Counted from the first letter of the stretch, positions 38,284 through 48,751 are shown. The stretch is DNA of 56,356 nucleotides from Novosphingobium sp. (GCA_013822005.1 PNJT01000001.1:1-56356), one strand, 5' to 3'. Translations and numbers: made by a program. Notes: a model not told the origin generated them from the sequence alone.

Positions 38284-41200
38284 TCGACAAGCTGTTCCCG
38301 CTCACGCCCGAGCAGCGCCCGGCGGTCGACCCCGGCGAGGTGGTGTGGCTTTCGGCCTCGGCGGGGACGGGCAAAACGCAGGTTCTGTCGGCCCGCGTGC
38401 TGCGGTTGTTGTTGCAGCCCGACGTCAGCCCTGCGCAGATCCTCTGCCTGACTTTCACCAAGGCTGGCGCGGCCGAAATGGCGGCGCGGATCAACCGCGT
38501 GCTGGCGCGCTGGGTGCGGCTGGATGCGACTGCGCTGGGCAAGGAACTGGAGCACATTGGCGCCGACAGCGGCCCTGCTGCGCGTGACCGGGCGCGCACG
38601 CTGTTTGCCGAAGTGCTTGATTGCCCGGGTGGGGGCCTGCGGATCGATACGATCCATGCCTTCGCGCAGTGGTTGCTCGCGGCATTCCCGCACGAGGCAG
38701 GGCTGATTCCCGGCGTCAAGGCGATGGAAGACCGCGAAAAGGACCTGCTGCTGCGCGAGGTGCTCGCCGCAATGCTGGTCGAGGCCGAGGCGCAGAACGA
38801 TCGCGCGACGCTGGGCGCGCTGGAGGAGCTGTCGGTGCGGCTCGGCCCCGACGCGGTCGAGCGCTGGCTGCTGCGCTGTGCCCAGGCGCTGGAGGCCTTT
38901 ACCGGGCCGGGCGGGTGGCAGCCGCCGATGCTGGCGCGGACCTATCAGTTGCTCGGCTTGCCGAGCGATGCCAGCGAGGCGGACCTTGCGGCGCTTTGCG
39001 AAGAAGGCGTGTTCGATGTGGACGCCCTGCATTGCCTGCTCTCTGCCTACAACCAGTGGAGCGCCGCCAGCGCCGAAAAGCCGCGCACCGCAATTGGCGA
39101 ATGGCTGAGCAGCACGCCTGAGCGCCGCGCTCAGGATGCCGATGCGCTTTATGAGGCGCTGTTCACTCAGAAGGACGAGCTGCGCAACCGCGCCAACAAG
39201 AACCTGCTCTCGTACGAGGAGTACTTCGTCGAAGCCGGCGAGGCGGTGCGGCAGTCGCTCATGCGGATTCGCGAACGACGCGCGCTGCTGGAGCTGGCGG
39301 GCTGGCTGACCCCCGCACTCGAACTCGGCCGCAAGTTCGCGCTCGAATGGGACGCGGCCAAGCAGCGCGCCGGGCTGATCGATTTCGACGACCAGATCCG
39401 CATCGCCGCGCGGCTGCTGGGGACCGAGGCCTTGGCCGAATGGATCCGCTACAAGCTCGACCGGCGGTTTGATCACGTGCTGGTTGATGAAGCCCAGGAC
39501 ACCAACGAGGCCCAGTGGCGGATCATCGAGGCGCTGACCGGCGAGTTCTTTGCCGGCGAAGGCGCCCACGGCGACAAGCTGCGCACGCTGTTCGTGGTCG
39601 GCGATTACAAGCAGGCGATTTTCCGCTTTCAGGGCACCAGCCCGGAAAACTTCGAGAAAGCCAAGCGCCGGGTCCGCGACGAAATGTCGGGCGCCGCCGT
39701 CAATTTCCGCGCGCTGCGCAGCAATGGCCAGGCCCGCGAACTGCGCGAGCGCGGGCTGGGGACCAGTTTCCGTACCGCCCGCGCGGTGCTCGAATTCGTC
39801 GATATGGCGATTGAACGGATCGGCTCGGACAGCTTTGGCCTGGGCGACATGCCCAAACCGCACGTGGGTGAGGAACGCCCTGGCCAGGTGGTGCTGTGGC
39901 AGGTCGTCGGTCGCCCCGAAGACGAGGAGGAGGCCGCGAACGACAATCCCGCGCCCGCGGATGACGGAGGCGGCGAAACCTGGCTCGATCGCTCCGACCG
40001 CCAGCTGGCCGACCGGATCGCGCGGCAGATCAAGGCCTGGATGGTACAAGGCTTCCCCTTGGTCAAAGGTGAAGTGCGCCGCGCCGGGCCTGGCGATGTC
40101 ATGGTGCTGGTGCGCAAGCGCAAGGAGCTGGCCGGGCTGATCGTCGCGCGGCTCTATGCCGCGGGCGTGCCGGTGGCGGGGGTGGACCGGCTGCGGCTCG
40201 CCGCGCCGCTTGCCGTGCGCGATCTGATGGCGGCGCTGCGCTTTGCCGCACAGCCGCTCGACGATCTCAACTTGGCCTGCCTGCTGGTCTCGCCGCTGAT
40301 CGGCTGGAGCCAGGAGCAATTGCTGGAGTTTGGCCACCGGCCCGAGGGCCAGCGCCTGTGGGATCACTTGCGGCGTCTGCGCAGCGGCGGGGTTGAAAGC
40401 GCGATGGAGCAATTGCTCGAGCTGCTGCGCCGGGCCGACTATGAACCGCCGCAGGCCTTGCTCCACTGGCTGCTGACCGGGCCGTGGCAGGGCCGGCAAA
40501 AGCTGGTCGCGCGGCTGGGCGGCGAAGTGGGCGATCCGATCGAGGAATTGCTCAACGCCGCCAGCGCCTTCGCCGCCAGCGAAGTGGCCTCGCTCCACAT
40601 GTTCATCCGCTGGTTCGATGCGGGCGAGGGCGAGTTGAAGCGCGAGGCCGGAAAGGCCGGGGACGAAGTGCGGGTGATGACCGTCCACGGATCGAAAGGC
40701 CTGCAAGCCCCGATCGTGATCCTGGCCGATGCGGCGGACAATCCCGATACGTCGCGCGGCTCTGCTCTGGCGTTGCCCGATCCGGCGAGCGACCCCAGGG
40801 AACCCCGCCTGATCCCCCTGCCGCCGCTGCGCAAGGACGAAAAGGCCGGGCCGATCGCCGAAGCCGAGCAACGCGCGGCGATCGAGGAGCGGCAGGAGCA
40901 TTGGCGCTTGCTCTACGTCGCGATGACCCGCGCGGAAGAGGCGCTGTTCGTCACCGGCTCGCTTGGACCCCGCGAAAAGGCCCCGGCGGATGACAGCTGG
41001 TACGCGCGGCTGCAGGGGCTGTTCCTCGACGAGGAATGGGCGGTGGACCCGATCTGGGGACGGCGGCTGGAACATGGCGAGGCCCCAGCGGTTCCCGCAC
41101 CGCCAGCGGCCTCGCGCGGCGGCGAGCTGGCTTTGCTGCCGCCCTGGCTGGAACGTCCGGTCGCCGCCGAACCGCGCCCGCCGCGCCCGCTGTCTCCTTC

Positions 41201-41768
41201 CGCGCTGGGCGAGGACCGCGCGGTCGATCCGCCCTATCCACCCGGCTCGGGCGGCGCGGCGGCGCGGCGCGGGGTCTTGCTTCACCGACTGCTCGAACGC
41301 TTGCCCGATGTGCCTCCCGCCGAGCGCAAGGGCGCGGCGCAGGCCTGGCTGGCGCGGGCTGCGGCCGAACTGGCCGCCCCGGCACGCGCGGAATTGGCCG
41401 ATGCAGCGCTGAAAGTGCTCGATCACAAGAATTGGGCCGACCTGTTCGCGCCCGGCGCGCTGGCCGAAGTGCCGATTGCGGCCACGGTTGGCGGGCAAGT
41501 GGTGGCCGGAACGATCGACCGGCTGCTGGTGCGGCCCGAGCGCATCCGGCTGGTCGATTTCAAGACCGCGCGGCGTCCGCCCGCCAGCCTGGACGAAGTG
41601 CCGGTCGCGATCCTGCGGCAGATGGCGGCCTATGCTGCCGCGCTGGAGGCAACCTATCCGGGGCGCGTGGTCGAGGCGGCCTTGCTCTACACCGAAGTGC
41701 CCTCGCTGCTGGAGATACCGGCGGCACTGCTCGCCGCGCACAAGCAGGCTTTGGACCTGACGCAGTAA
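38280..41768 (+). CDS. addA: Double-strand break repair helicase/nuclease AddA
   Basis: ASAGTGKT, VDEAQDT, TVHGSKGL, LYVAMTRA, GTIDRL..VDFKT. Confidence 0.95.
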   Translation: MIDKLFPLTPEQRPAVDPGEVVWLSASAGTGKTQVLSARVLRLLLQPDVSPAQILCLTFTKAGAAEMAARINRVLARWVRLDATALGKELEHIGADSGPAARDRARTLFAEVLDCPGGGLRIDTIHAFAQWLLAAFPHEAGLIPGVKAMEDREKDLLLREVLAAMLVEAEAQNDRATLGALEELSVRLGPDAVERWLLRCAQALEAFTGPGGWQPPMLARTYQLLGLPSDASEADLAALCEEGVFDVDALHCLLSAYNQWSAASAEKPRTAIGEWLSSTPERRAQDADALYEALFTQKDELRNRANKNLLSYEEYFVEAGEAVRQSLMRIRERRALLELAGWLTPALELGRKFALEWDAAKQRAGLIDFDDQIRIAARLLGTEALAEWIRYKLDRRFDHVLVDEAQDTNEAQWRIIEALTGEFFAGEGAHGDKLRTLFVVGDYKQAIFRFQGTSPENFEKAKRRVRDEMSGAAVNFRALRSNGQARELRERGLGTSFRTARAVLEFVDMAIERIGSDSFGLGDMPKPHVGEERPGQVVLWQVVGRPEDEEEAANDNPAPADDGGGETWLDRSDRQLADRIARQIKAWMVQGFPLVKGEVRRAGPGDVMVLVRKRKELAGLIVARLYAAGVPVAGVDRLRLAAPLAVRDLMAALRFAAQPLDDLNLACLLVSPLIGWSQEQLLEFGHRPEGQRLWDHLRRLRSGGVESAMEQLLELLRRADYEPPQALLHWLLTGPWQGRQKLVARLGGEVGDPIEELLNAASAFAASEVASLHMFIRWFDAGEGELKREAGKAGDEVRVMTVHGSKGLQAPIVILADAADNPDTSRGSALALPDPASDPREPRLIPLPPLRKDEKAGPIAEAEQRAAIEERQEHWRLLYVAMTRAEEALFVTGSLGPREKAPADDSWYARLQGLFLDEEWAVDPIWGRRLEHGEAPAVPAPPAASRGGELALLPPWLERPVAAEPRPPRPLSPSALGEDRAVDPPYPPGSGGAAARRGVLLHRLLERLPDVPPAERKGAAQAWLARAAAELAAPARAELADAALKVLDHKNWADLFAPGALAEVPIAATVGGQVVAGTIDRLLVRPERIRLVDFKTARRPPASLDEVPVAILRQMAAYAAALEATYPGRVVEAALLYTEVPSLLEIPAALLAAHKQALDLTQ

Positions 41769-41825
41769 AGCTTTCGCAATCGCCCATTGCGGTTTTGCAC
41801 CCAGGACATAGATTCAAACCAACGA

Positions 41826-41930
41826 ACCCCGACCCGTTCGTGCTGAGCTTGTCGATGCACCGTCCTTCTTTTCGCAACCGTCGAAAAGACAGAGCGGCCC
41901 TTCGACAAGCTCAGGGCGAACGGGGTAGGG
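41826..41930. repeat. REP-like palindrome (TGAGCTTGTCGA..TCGACAAGCTCA)
   Basis: Inverted arms; the same core is embedded in the elements at 42269 and 49981. Confidence 0.85.
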
Positions 41931-41951
41931 GAGATTCAAAGGAGATTCCCG

Positions 41952-42272
41952 ATGGCCACTATCGCCGTAACCGATGCCTCGTTCGCTGCCGACGTGCTTA
42001 ACTCTGACAAGCCCGTGCTGGTCGATTTCTGGGCCGACTGGTGCGGCCCCTGCAAGATGATCGCCCCGGCGCTGGAGGAAATCAGCGAGGAACTGGCGGG
42101 CCAGGTGACCATCGCCAAGATGGACATCATGGAAAGCACCGACACCCCGTCGAAATTCAACGTCCAGTCGATCCCGCTGATGATGCTGTTCAAGAACGGT
42201 GAGCCGGTCGCGCAAAAGCTGGGCGCAGCGCCCAAGGGGCAGTTGAAGGCGTGGTTGGAGTCGGTCCTCTAG
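41952..42272 (+). CDS. trxA: Thioredoxin
   Basis: WCGPC active site. Confidence 0.97.
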   Translation: MATIAVTDASFAADVLNSDKPVLVDFWADWCGPCKMIAPALEEISEELAGQVTIAKMDIMESTDTPSKFNVQSIPLMMLFKNGEPVAQKLGAAPKGQLKAWLESVL

Positions 42273-42444
42273 AGCGGTGATTGGAAAATCTGAATCACCT
42301 CGCCCCAGCCCCGACCATCCTGAGCTTGTCGAAGGATTGCTCTTTTCTTCAAGCGGTTGCGGGCGAGGCACGAAGAAAAGGACAGTGCTTCGACAAGCTC
42401 AGCATAGACGGAATTTGGGTCAGGCTTTGCCCAAGTTGCTCTAA
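42269..42444. mobile_element. CIR/MITE-like element with TAGAGC..GCTCTA ends, copy 1
   Basis: Highly similar to 49981-50156; contains a GANTC site and a REP hairpin. Confidence 0.75.
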
Positions 42445-42514
42445 CGTTCAGTATTTTCCTACAAGAACCATTTGGGTTATTTAAGTCATTCCAACAAACC
42501 AAATGGAGCACATC

Positions 42515-42928
42515 ATGGCAATTCTCGAAGCCCTGATCGGGCCAATCGCCTCGATCATCGACAAGGTCATTCCCGACAAGGCCCAGCGCGACAAGGCCAA
42601 GCTGGAGCTGTTGCAGCTGCAGGGCAGCCAGGACCTGGCCGAAATCCAGGCCCGTCTGTCCGCAATCGTCGCCGAGGCCAATTCGCAAGATCCCTGGACC
42701 AGCCGCGCGCGGCCCAGCTTTCTCTATGTGATTTACATTCTGCTGCTGTGGGCACTGCCAATGGGCTTGCTGGCGATGTTCAGCCCCGACCGCGCCCAGG
42801 CGATCGCCGCGGGGATGAACGCCTACCTTTCGGGGCTGCCCGAGCCGCTCTACGCGCTGTTCGGCACCGGCTACCTCGGCTACACCGCCGCGCGCCAGTG
42901 GGGCAAAATCGCCGGTAGCGACAAATAG
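42515..42928 (+). CDS. 3TM holin family protein (orphan)
   Basis: IIDKVIPDK, AEANSQDPWTSRARP, LFGTGYLGY. Confidence 0.8.
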   Translation: MAILEALIGPIASIIDKVIPDKAQRDKAKLELLQLQGSQDLAEIQARLSAIVAEANSQDPWTSRARPSFLYVIYILLLWALPMGLLAMFSPDRAQAIAAGMNAYLSGLPEPLYALFGTGYLGYTAARQWGKIAGSDK

Positions 42929-43071
42929 TTAACCCGCGGGCCTGCCTTGGTTAGCTTCGGGTAATCATTTTCCGCTACAGCCTGCCTTTCGAGGTGCCAG
43001 CAGTTTCGGCATCAGGGAGTTCAGACGTGAGCGGATCGAAGTTTCACCGGCCCAAGGCAGGCCTGGCAGCT

Positions 43072-43332
43072 ATGGCAATCGTTCTGGCGGCGCTGCCGCT
43101 GCTGTCCGCCTGTTCGGGCCGCGACACCGATACTGCCGAGAAAGTCGCCGCCGCCCAGCAAGCCGCCACGCGCGCCGAACAGGCCGCCGAACGCGCCGAA
43201 CAGGCTGCGGCCAAGCTCAATGCAGGCCAACCAACCGTGGTCGATGCCGAGCCCGAGCCCGACCCCGAACCGCAGGATCCCGCCGCAGGCGATCAGGACG
43301 ATCAGCCCAAGAGCGAGGCCAACCCCGGCTAG
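43072..43332 (+). CDS. Small lipoprotein
   Basis: Lipobox LSAC, Ala-rich coil, acidic Pro-rich tail; start uncertain. Confidence 0.65.
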   Translation: MAIVLAALPLLSACSGRDTDTAEKVAAAQQAATRAEQAAERAEQAAAKLNAGQPTVVDAEPEPDPEPQDPAAGDQDDQPKSEANPG

Positions 43333-43404
43333 GCAAGCTTTTGGCTTGCGGCCCGGCCCGCGCTGCGTAAGGAACCGCCTGTACTCTTGCAGCGGAGCCC
43401 CCAA

Positions 43405-43842
43405 GTGACCCAGCGCCGAGTCCTGGTCCTCAACGGACCCAATCTCAACCTGCTCGGCACGCGCGAGCCGGAGATCTATGGCCATGACACGCTGGAGCAA
43501 ATCTCCGCGCGGCTGATAGCGCGTGGGCTTGAACTGGAGCTGGACGTGGAATGCCGCCAGAGCAATCACGAGGGAGTGCTGGTAGATTGGCTGCACGAGG
43601 CCAAGGCCGGCGGTGTCCACGCGGTGCTGCTCAACGCCGGGGCCTATACCCACACCTCGATCGCACTGCTCGATGCGATCAAGGCGACCCAGCTCAAGGT
43701 AATCGAAGTCCACCTCTCCGATCCCGAAACGCGCGAGCCGTTCCGCCATTTGTCCTATGTCGGCATGGCTGCTGAGGACTGCGTGAAGGGGCTCGGGCCT
43801 AACAGCTACATGGTCGCGCTGGACAAGGCCGCCGCGCTTTAG
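43405..43842 (+). CDS. aroQ: Type II 3-dehydroquinate dehydratase
   Basis: LNGPNLNLLGTREPEIYG, QSNHEG, EVHLS. Confidence 0.96.
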   Translation: MTQRRVLVLNGPNLNLLGTREPEIYGHDTLEQISARLIARGLELELDVECRQSNHEGVLVDWLHEAKAGGVHAVLLNAGAYTHTSIALLDAIKATQLKVIEVHLSDPETREPFRHLSYVGMAAEDCVKGLGPNSYMVALDKAAAL

Positions 43843-43903
43843 GCTTGCCTCTCTCCTCGCTCCGCCGCATAGGCAGTAGCCCTGTTTCAGATATGGGGAT
43901 CGC

Positions 43904-44392
43904 ATGAGCGAGACGAAGGGCGCTGCCCGTAGCGGCGGCATGAACATCGACAGCAAGCTGGTGCGCGAGCTGGCCGAGCTCCTGGCCGAAACCGGCCTTT
44001 CCGAAATCGAAGTCGAAGACGGCGACCGCAAGATCAAGGTCGCGCGGCAGCTGACCGCGGCTCCGGCGGCGGTCCATATGACCGCTCCGGCACTCGCCCC
44101 GGCGCTCCCGCTGCCCGCCGCTGCCGCGCCCGAAGCGGCCTCTGCCCCGGCAGCCGATGCCAATGCGCTCAAGTCGCCGATGGTCGGCACCGCCTACCTC
44201 ACCCCCGAACCCGGCGCACCTGCGTTCATCGAGGTGGGCAAGCAGGTCAAGGCGGGTGATACGCTGCTGATCATCGAGGCGATGAAAGTGATGAACCCGA
44301 TCACCGCCGACAAGGCCGGGACGATCAAGGCAATCCTGGTCGAAAACGCGCAGCCGGTCGAATACGACCAGCCGCTGGTCGTGATCGCGTAA
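43904..44392 (+). CDS. accB: Biotin carboxyl carrier protein
   Basis: KSPMVGT, EAMKVMN. Confidence 0.97.
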   Translation: MSETKGAARSGGMNIDSKLVRELAELLAETGLSEIEVEDGDRKIKVARQLTAAPAAVHMTAPALAPALPLPAAAAPEAASAPAADANALKSPMVGTAYLTPEPGAPAFIEVGKQVKAGDTLLIIEAMKVMNPITADKAGTIKAILVENAQPVEYDQPLVVIA

Positions 44393-44398
44393 GGCTAA

Positions 44399-44668
44399 AG
44401 AGCCTGCCTTGTAGGGTAGAATACGTCATGATCGCCTTGGGAAACATGTTGGGTAGGAGTGACGCGAAGCGCGGGCTGGTTGCCCCGTGCAAGCGGAACG
44501 ACGCCCTCCAGCATGTTTCCCAAGGCGACCCCTGCGGGGCGGGCCAAATTGGCCCCATTGCTTCGTTGCTCGTCGAGCACGATGCCTCACATCGCGCTTC
44601 TCCTCGCGCCTTGCACTGGGGCCAATTTGGCTCCGTCATGACGCATTCTACCCTACAAGGCAGGCTCT
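44399..44668. mobile_element. 270-bp MITE-like element with 33-bp terminal inverted repeats
   Basis: agagcctgccttgtagggtagaat(a/g)cgtcatga at both ends (32/33), plus two internal IR pairs. Confidence 0.8.
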
Positions 44669-44672
44669 AAAC

Positions 44673-46040
44673 ATGGGCATTTCCCGCATCCTGATCGCCA
44701 ATCGCGGCGAGATCGCCTTGCGCATCCACCGCGCCGCGCACGAAATGGGGATCGAGACGGTGGCGGTGCACTCCACCGCCGATGCCGACGCCATGCACGT
44801 GCGGCTGGCCGACCATGCGGTCTGCATCGGCCCGCCTGCGGCCAAGGACAGCTACCTCAACGTCGCGGCGATCATTTCGGCCGCTGAAATCACCCATGCC
44901 GATGCGATCCACCCGGGCTATGGCTTCCTCTCGGAAAACGCCCAGTTCGCCGAGATTGTCGAAAGCCACGACATCACCTGGATCGGGCCCAAGCCCGAAC
45001 ACATCCGCACCATGGGTGACAAGATCGAGGCCAAGCGCACTGCCGGCGCGCTGGGCCTGCCGCTGGTTCCCGGCAGCGACGGCGCGGTCAGCGATATCGC
45101 TGAAGCCAAGGAAATCGCCGAGAAGGCTGGCTATCCGGTGATCATCAAGGCTGCCTCTGGCGGCGGCGGTCGCGGCATGAAGGTCTGCAATGGCCCCGAC
45201 GAGCTTGAAACGCTGATCCAGCAGGCCGGAACCGAAGCCAAGGCCGCGTTCGGCGATGCCACGGTCTATATCGAAAAGTACCTCGGCAACCCGCGCCACA
45301 TCGAATTCCAGGTGTTCGGCGACGGCAATGGCGAAGCGATCCACCTGGGTGAGCGCGATTGCAGCCTCCAGCGCCGCCACCAGAAGGTGCTGGAAGAAGC
45401 GCCCTCGCCGGTGATCAGCCCCGAAGAGCGCGAGCGGATGGGCGGGATCGTCGCCAGGGCGATGGCCGACATGCAATATCGCGGGGCGGGCACGATCGAG
45501 TTCCTGTGGGAAAACGGCGAGTTCTATTTCATCGAAATGAACACCCGCCTGCAGGTGGAACACCCGGTCACCGAAGCGATCACCGGGGTCGATCTGGTCC
45601 GCGAACAGATCCGCATTGCCGATGGCAAGCCGCTGTCGGTCACCCAGGATCAGATCGAGTTCAACGGCCATTCGATCGAATGCCGGATCAACGCCGAAGA
45701 CCCCTGGACTTTCGCCCCCTCGCCCGGCCTGGTCACCGCCTATCACCCCGCTGGCGGGATGAATGTGCGCGTCGATTCAGGGCTTTACGCCGGCTACAAG
45801 ATCCCGCCTTACTACGATTCGATGATCGCCAAACTGATCGTCAAAGGCCGCACCCGCGAAGGCTGCATCATGCGGCTTAGGCGGGCGCTGGAAGAGATGG
45901 TGGTCAGCGGCGTGAAGACCAGCATCCCGCTCCACCAGGCGCTGATGAGCGAGCCGGACTTCATCCACGGCGATTATACGATCAAGTGGCTGGAGGAGTG
46001 GCTGGCGGAGCGCGTAGGGGCAGGCTTAGCGACGAGTTAA
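44673..46040 (+). CDS. accC: Biotin carboxylase
   Basis: IANRGEIA, GGGGRGM, FIEMNTRLQVEHPVTE. Confidence 0.97.
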   Translation: MGISRILIANRGEIALRIHRAAHEMGIETVAVHSTADADAMHVRLADHAVCIGPPAAKDSYLNVAAIISAAEITHADAIHPGYGFLSENAQFAEIVESHDITWIGPKPEHIRTMGDKIEAKRTAGALGLPLVPGSDGAVSDIAEAKEIAEKAGYPVIIKAASGGGGRGMKVCNGPDELETLIQQAGTEAKAAFGDATVYIEKYLGNPRHIEFQVFGDGNGEAIHLGERDCSLQRRHQKVLEEAPSPVISPEERERMGGIVARAMADMQYRGAGTIEFLWENGEFYFIEMNTRLQVEHPVTEAITGVDLVREQIRIADGKPLSVTQDQIEFNGHSIECRINAEDPWTFAPSPGLVTAYHPAGGMNVRVDSGLYAGYKIPPYYDSMIAKLIVKGRTREGCIMRLRRALEEMVVSGVKTSIPLHQALMSEPDFIHGDYTIKWLEEWLAERVGAGLATS

Positions 46041-46066
46041 GTCAGCAAGACTAGTGGAGAGTCGCA

Positions 46067-46357
46067 GTGGCTTGGGACTTCGATCAACCTCGCGATGCTG
46101 CGTGCATCACGGTTCAGTCGGTCATCGACGGAACACCAGTTCTCGTTGTCACGCACTATGACGACGATGATTCTTGGGCGTTCCTGGATGGTGAGGCCAT
46201 AGACATGGATGACGCTTTGGTCGTTGCCATGTCCACGGTTGTCGATAGGCATCCCGAATTACACGAATTGGCCACCTTGGCGTCCGGATGGTCAGCAAGT
46301 CGCACATCAAGTGGCGCAGAATGGTCCTGTATTCGAGACACCTTCGAAAACGACTAG
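46067..46357 (+). CDS. Small acidic hypothetical protein (DUF2185/immunity-like)
   Basis: VTHYDDDDSWAFL..LATLASGWSASR; GGAG RBS; lower GC than neighbours. Confidence 0.6.
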   Translation: MAWDFDQPRDAACITVQSVIDGTPVLVVTHYDDDDSWAFLDGEAIDMDDALVVAMSTVVDRHPELHELATLASGWSASRTSSGAEWSCIRDTFEND

Positions 46358-46363
46358 GGCAGC

Positions 46364-46828
46364 TTACTCCAACGGCACCCCAGGCATCTGCTTCGCCGTC
46401 CGGATCGTCAGGCTGGTCTTCACACTCGCCACATTGGGCGCAGGGGTCAGCTTGCTGGTCAGGAATTCCTGAAAGCTCTGCAGATCCTTGCTGACGATCT
46501 TCAGGATGAAGTCGATTTCGCCATTGAGCATGTGGCATTCGCGCACTTCGGGCAGGTCGCGCATGGCTTCTTCGAACTGGCGCAGCGAATCCTCGGCCTG
46601 GCTCTTGAGCGAAACCATCGCAAATACCGTGATCGCAAAGCCCAGTTTCGAGGCGTCGAGATCGGCGTGGTAGCCGCGGATCACGCCCAATTCCTCAAGC
46701 GCGCGGACCCGGCGCAGGCATGGCGGCGCGGTCAGGCCGACGCGCTGGGCCAGTTCGACATTGGTGACCCGGCCTTCGTCCTGCAATTCGGACAACAGGC
46801 GGCGGTCGATCGAATCGAGATTGGCCAT
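46364..46828 (-). CDS. Lrp/AsnC family transcriptional regulator
   Basis: LDSIDRRLLSELQDEGRVTNVELAQRVGLTAPPCLRRVRALE. Confidence 0.93.
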   Translation of the reverse strand: MANLDSIDRRLLSELQDEGRVTNVELAQRVGLTAPPCLRRVRALEELGVIRGYHADLDASKLGFAITVFAMVSLKSQAEDSLRQFEEAMRDLPEVRECHMLNGEIDFILKIVSKDLQSFQEFLTSKLTPAPNVASVKTSLTIRTAKQMPGVPLE

Positions 46829-47034
46829 GGCACCCACCCTTTCGTGCGGCAAAGCGCAGCTCGCGACCGCACTTTGGCAACTTTTGCCGCGCTGTATATC
46901 CCCGCGCGATAATATTATTGTTTATGGCCGCAACTGTCCCGCTTTGCAACGCACCTTTCGCAAGGCCTCCAGGGTGGGGACAAGTCTGGTAAACGCCCTC
47001 GCGCGCATACTGCGCAATGGCCTAGGACCCTGGA

Positions 47035-48717
47035 ATGCATTTCGACGATCGCCTTGGAACCGTGCTGCGCATGCGCGCCGACGGCCCGGGCATGCAGCGC
47101 GTGCAGTACCGTCAATTGCTGGATCTGCTGGGCACCGTGCCAGTCGAAGCGCAGGGCGAGCAGCTTGAGGCCGCCTATGACCGGCTGGGCGAACTGGCCG
47201 CGCTGATTCCCGCCGAAGCCCGCGCCGCGATGCTGCGCGAACCGGCCCAGCGGCTGCGCTCGCCGCGGCTGGTGGCGGCGCTGGCCAGCGGCGAGCCGGT
47301 GGTGGCCGCCCAGGCGCTGCAGCGGGCGCAGTTGTCGGATGAGCAGTGGCTCGATCTGGTTCCCGCCCTGCCCCCCGCCGCGCGGCCTGCGCTGCGCCAG
47401 CGCCGTGACTTGTCCCCAACGGTCGCCAGTCTGCTGGCCCGGCTGGGAGTCAACGATCGTGGTTTGCCGCCCGCCGCCGAAGCTATCCAACCCGCAAAGC
47501 CCGTGTCCGAACCGGCCGCGCTCGAGCCCGATCTGACGGGTGCGGAAGTGATCGAGGGCAACCCGCCGAAACAAGGCGAAGGGATCGGCGCGATCGTCAA
47601 GCGGATCGAGGCCTATCGCCGCGCCAAGCAAGTGGTCGAACATGTTCCGGCCAGTGATTCGCCGCGCCTGCCGCTGGGCGAGGACCATGTGCTCAGCGTC
47701 GCCGAAGAGGTGCGCGCCTGCGATTTCGCCACCGATGCGCAGCTGCGGATCAGCTGGTGCGACGCCGGGGTGGCCCCAATGCTGCACGGCATGCGGCTGG
47801 CCGGGGACGCCGAGTTCGCGCACCTGGTCCGCCAGCACCAGCCGCTGCGCGCGCAGCGGATCGTCCTGGCCGGGGCTGGGGCGATTGCCGGACACTGGCA
47901 CCTGGATGCTGCGCCCTGGTTCGATCCGCTGACGGGCAATTTCCTGGGCTATCGTGGCCGCCTGCGCCGCCCGCCCAGCACTGCGAAAGCGCCTGCCAAT
48001 CCGCCGGTGACCGACAGCCAGGCCGACCGCATCCGCCAGATGCTGCACGAATTGCGCACCCCGGTGAACGCGATCCAGATCGGCGCCGAGATTATCCAGC
48101 AGCAACTCTATGGCGCCACCCCGCACGAGTACCGCGCACTGGCGGCGGGAATCGCGGGCGATGCCGCGCGGATGCTCTCGGCCTTCGAAGAACTGGAGCG
48201 GCTGGCCAAGCTGGATAGCCAGGCCCTGGAGCTCGACCCTGGCGAGACCGACCTGGCCAGCGTGATCGCTGCCACCGCCGCGCAGCTTGGCACCCACACC
48301 AAAGGGCGCGGCAGCGGTTTCGAGCTGAAGATCGACGACCAGCCCTTGCCGGTGCCGCTGGCGGCTATCGAGGTTGAGCGGATTGTCTGGCGGCTGCTGG
48401 CAACGCTGGCCGGGGTCAGTGCACCGGGCGAGCAGCTGAAACTGCGCCTGCGGCGCAAGAACGGCCTGGTCCGGCTCGACGCGGCACTGCCCGCCCAGCT
48501 GGCGAGCCGCGAGGACGAGGCGATTTTCCACGCCGCCGCCGGATCGGTCCCGCAAGTGGTTTCCGCAGGCGTGTTCGGGGTGGGTTTTGCCTTGCGGCTG
48601 GCCCGCGCCGAAGCCCGCGCGGCGGGCGGCGATCTGGTCCGCAAGAACGAGCGACTGCGGCTGACCCTGCCGGGCTTGACCGAAACCGCGCCCTCCCATA
48701 CCCAGAACGCAGCCTGA
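47035..48717 (+). CDS. Atypical soluble histidine kinase-like protein
   Basis: H-box LHELRTPVNAI; degenerate ATP-binding boxes. Confidence 0.75.
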   Translation: MHFDDRLGTVLRMRADGPGMQRVQYRQLLDLLGTVPVEAQGEQLEAAYDRLGELAALIPAEARAAMLREPAQRLRSPRLVAALASGEPVVAAQALQRAQLSDEQWLDLVPALPPAARPALRQRRDLSPTVASLLARLGVNDRGLPPAAEAIQPAKPVSEPAALEPDLTGAEVIEGNPPKQGEGIGAIVKRIEAYRRAKQVVEHVPASDSPRLPLGEDHVLSVAEEVRACDFATDAQLRISWCDAGVAPMLHGMRLAGDAEFAHLVRQHQPLRAQRIVLAGAGAIAGHWHLDAAPWFDPLTGNFLGYRGRLRRPPSTAKAPANPPVTDSQADRIRQMLHELRTPVNAIQIGAEIIQQQLYGATPHEYRALAAGIAGDAARMLSAFEELERLAKLDSQALELDPGETDLASVIAATAAQLGTHTKGRGSGFELKIDDQPLPVPLAAIEVERIVWRLLATLAGVSAPGEQLKLRLRRKNGLVRLDAALPAQLASREDEAIFHAAAGSVPQVVSAGVFGVGFALRLARAEARAAGGDLVRKNERLRLTLPGLTETAPSHTQNAA

Positions 48718-48751
48718 CACGTTCAATCCGGGCCAGAAGGGGGACATTTTC

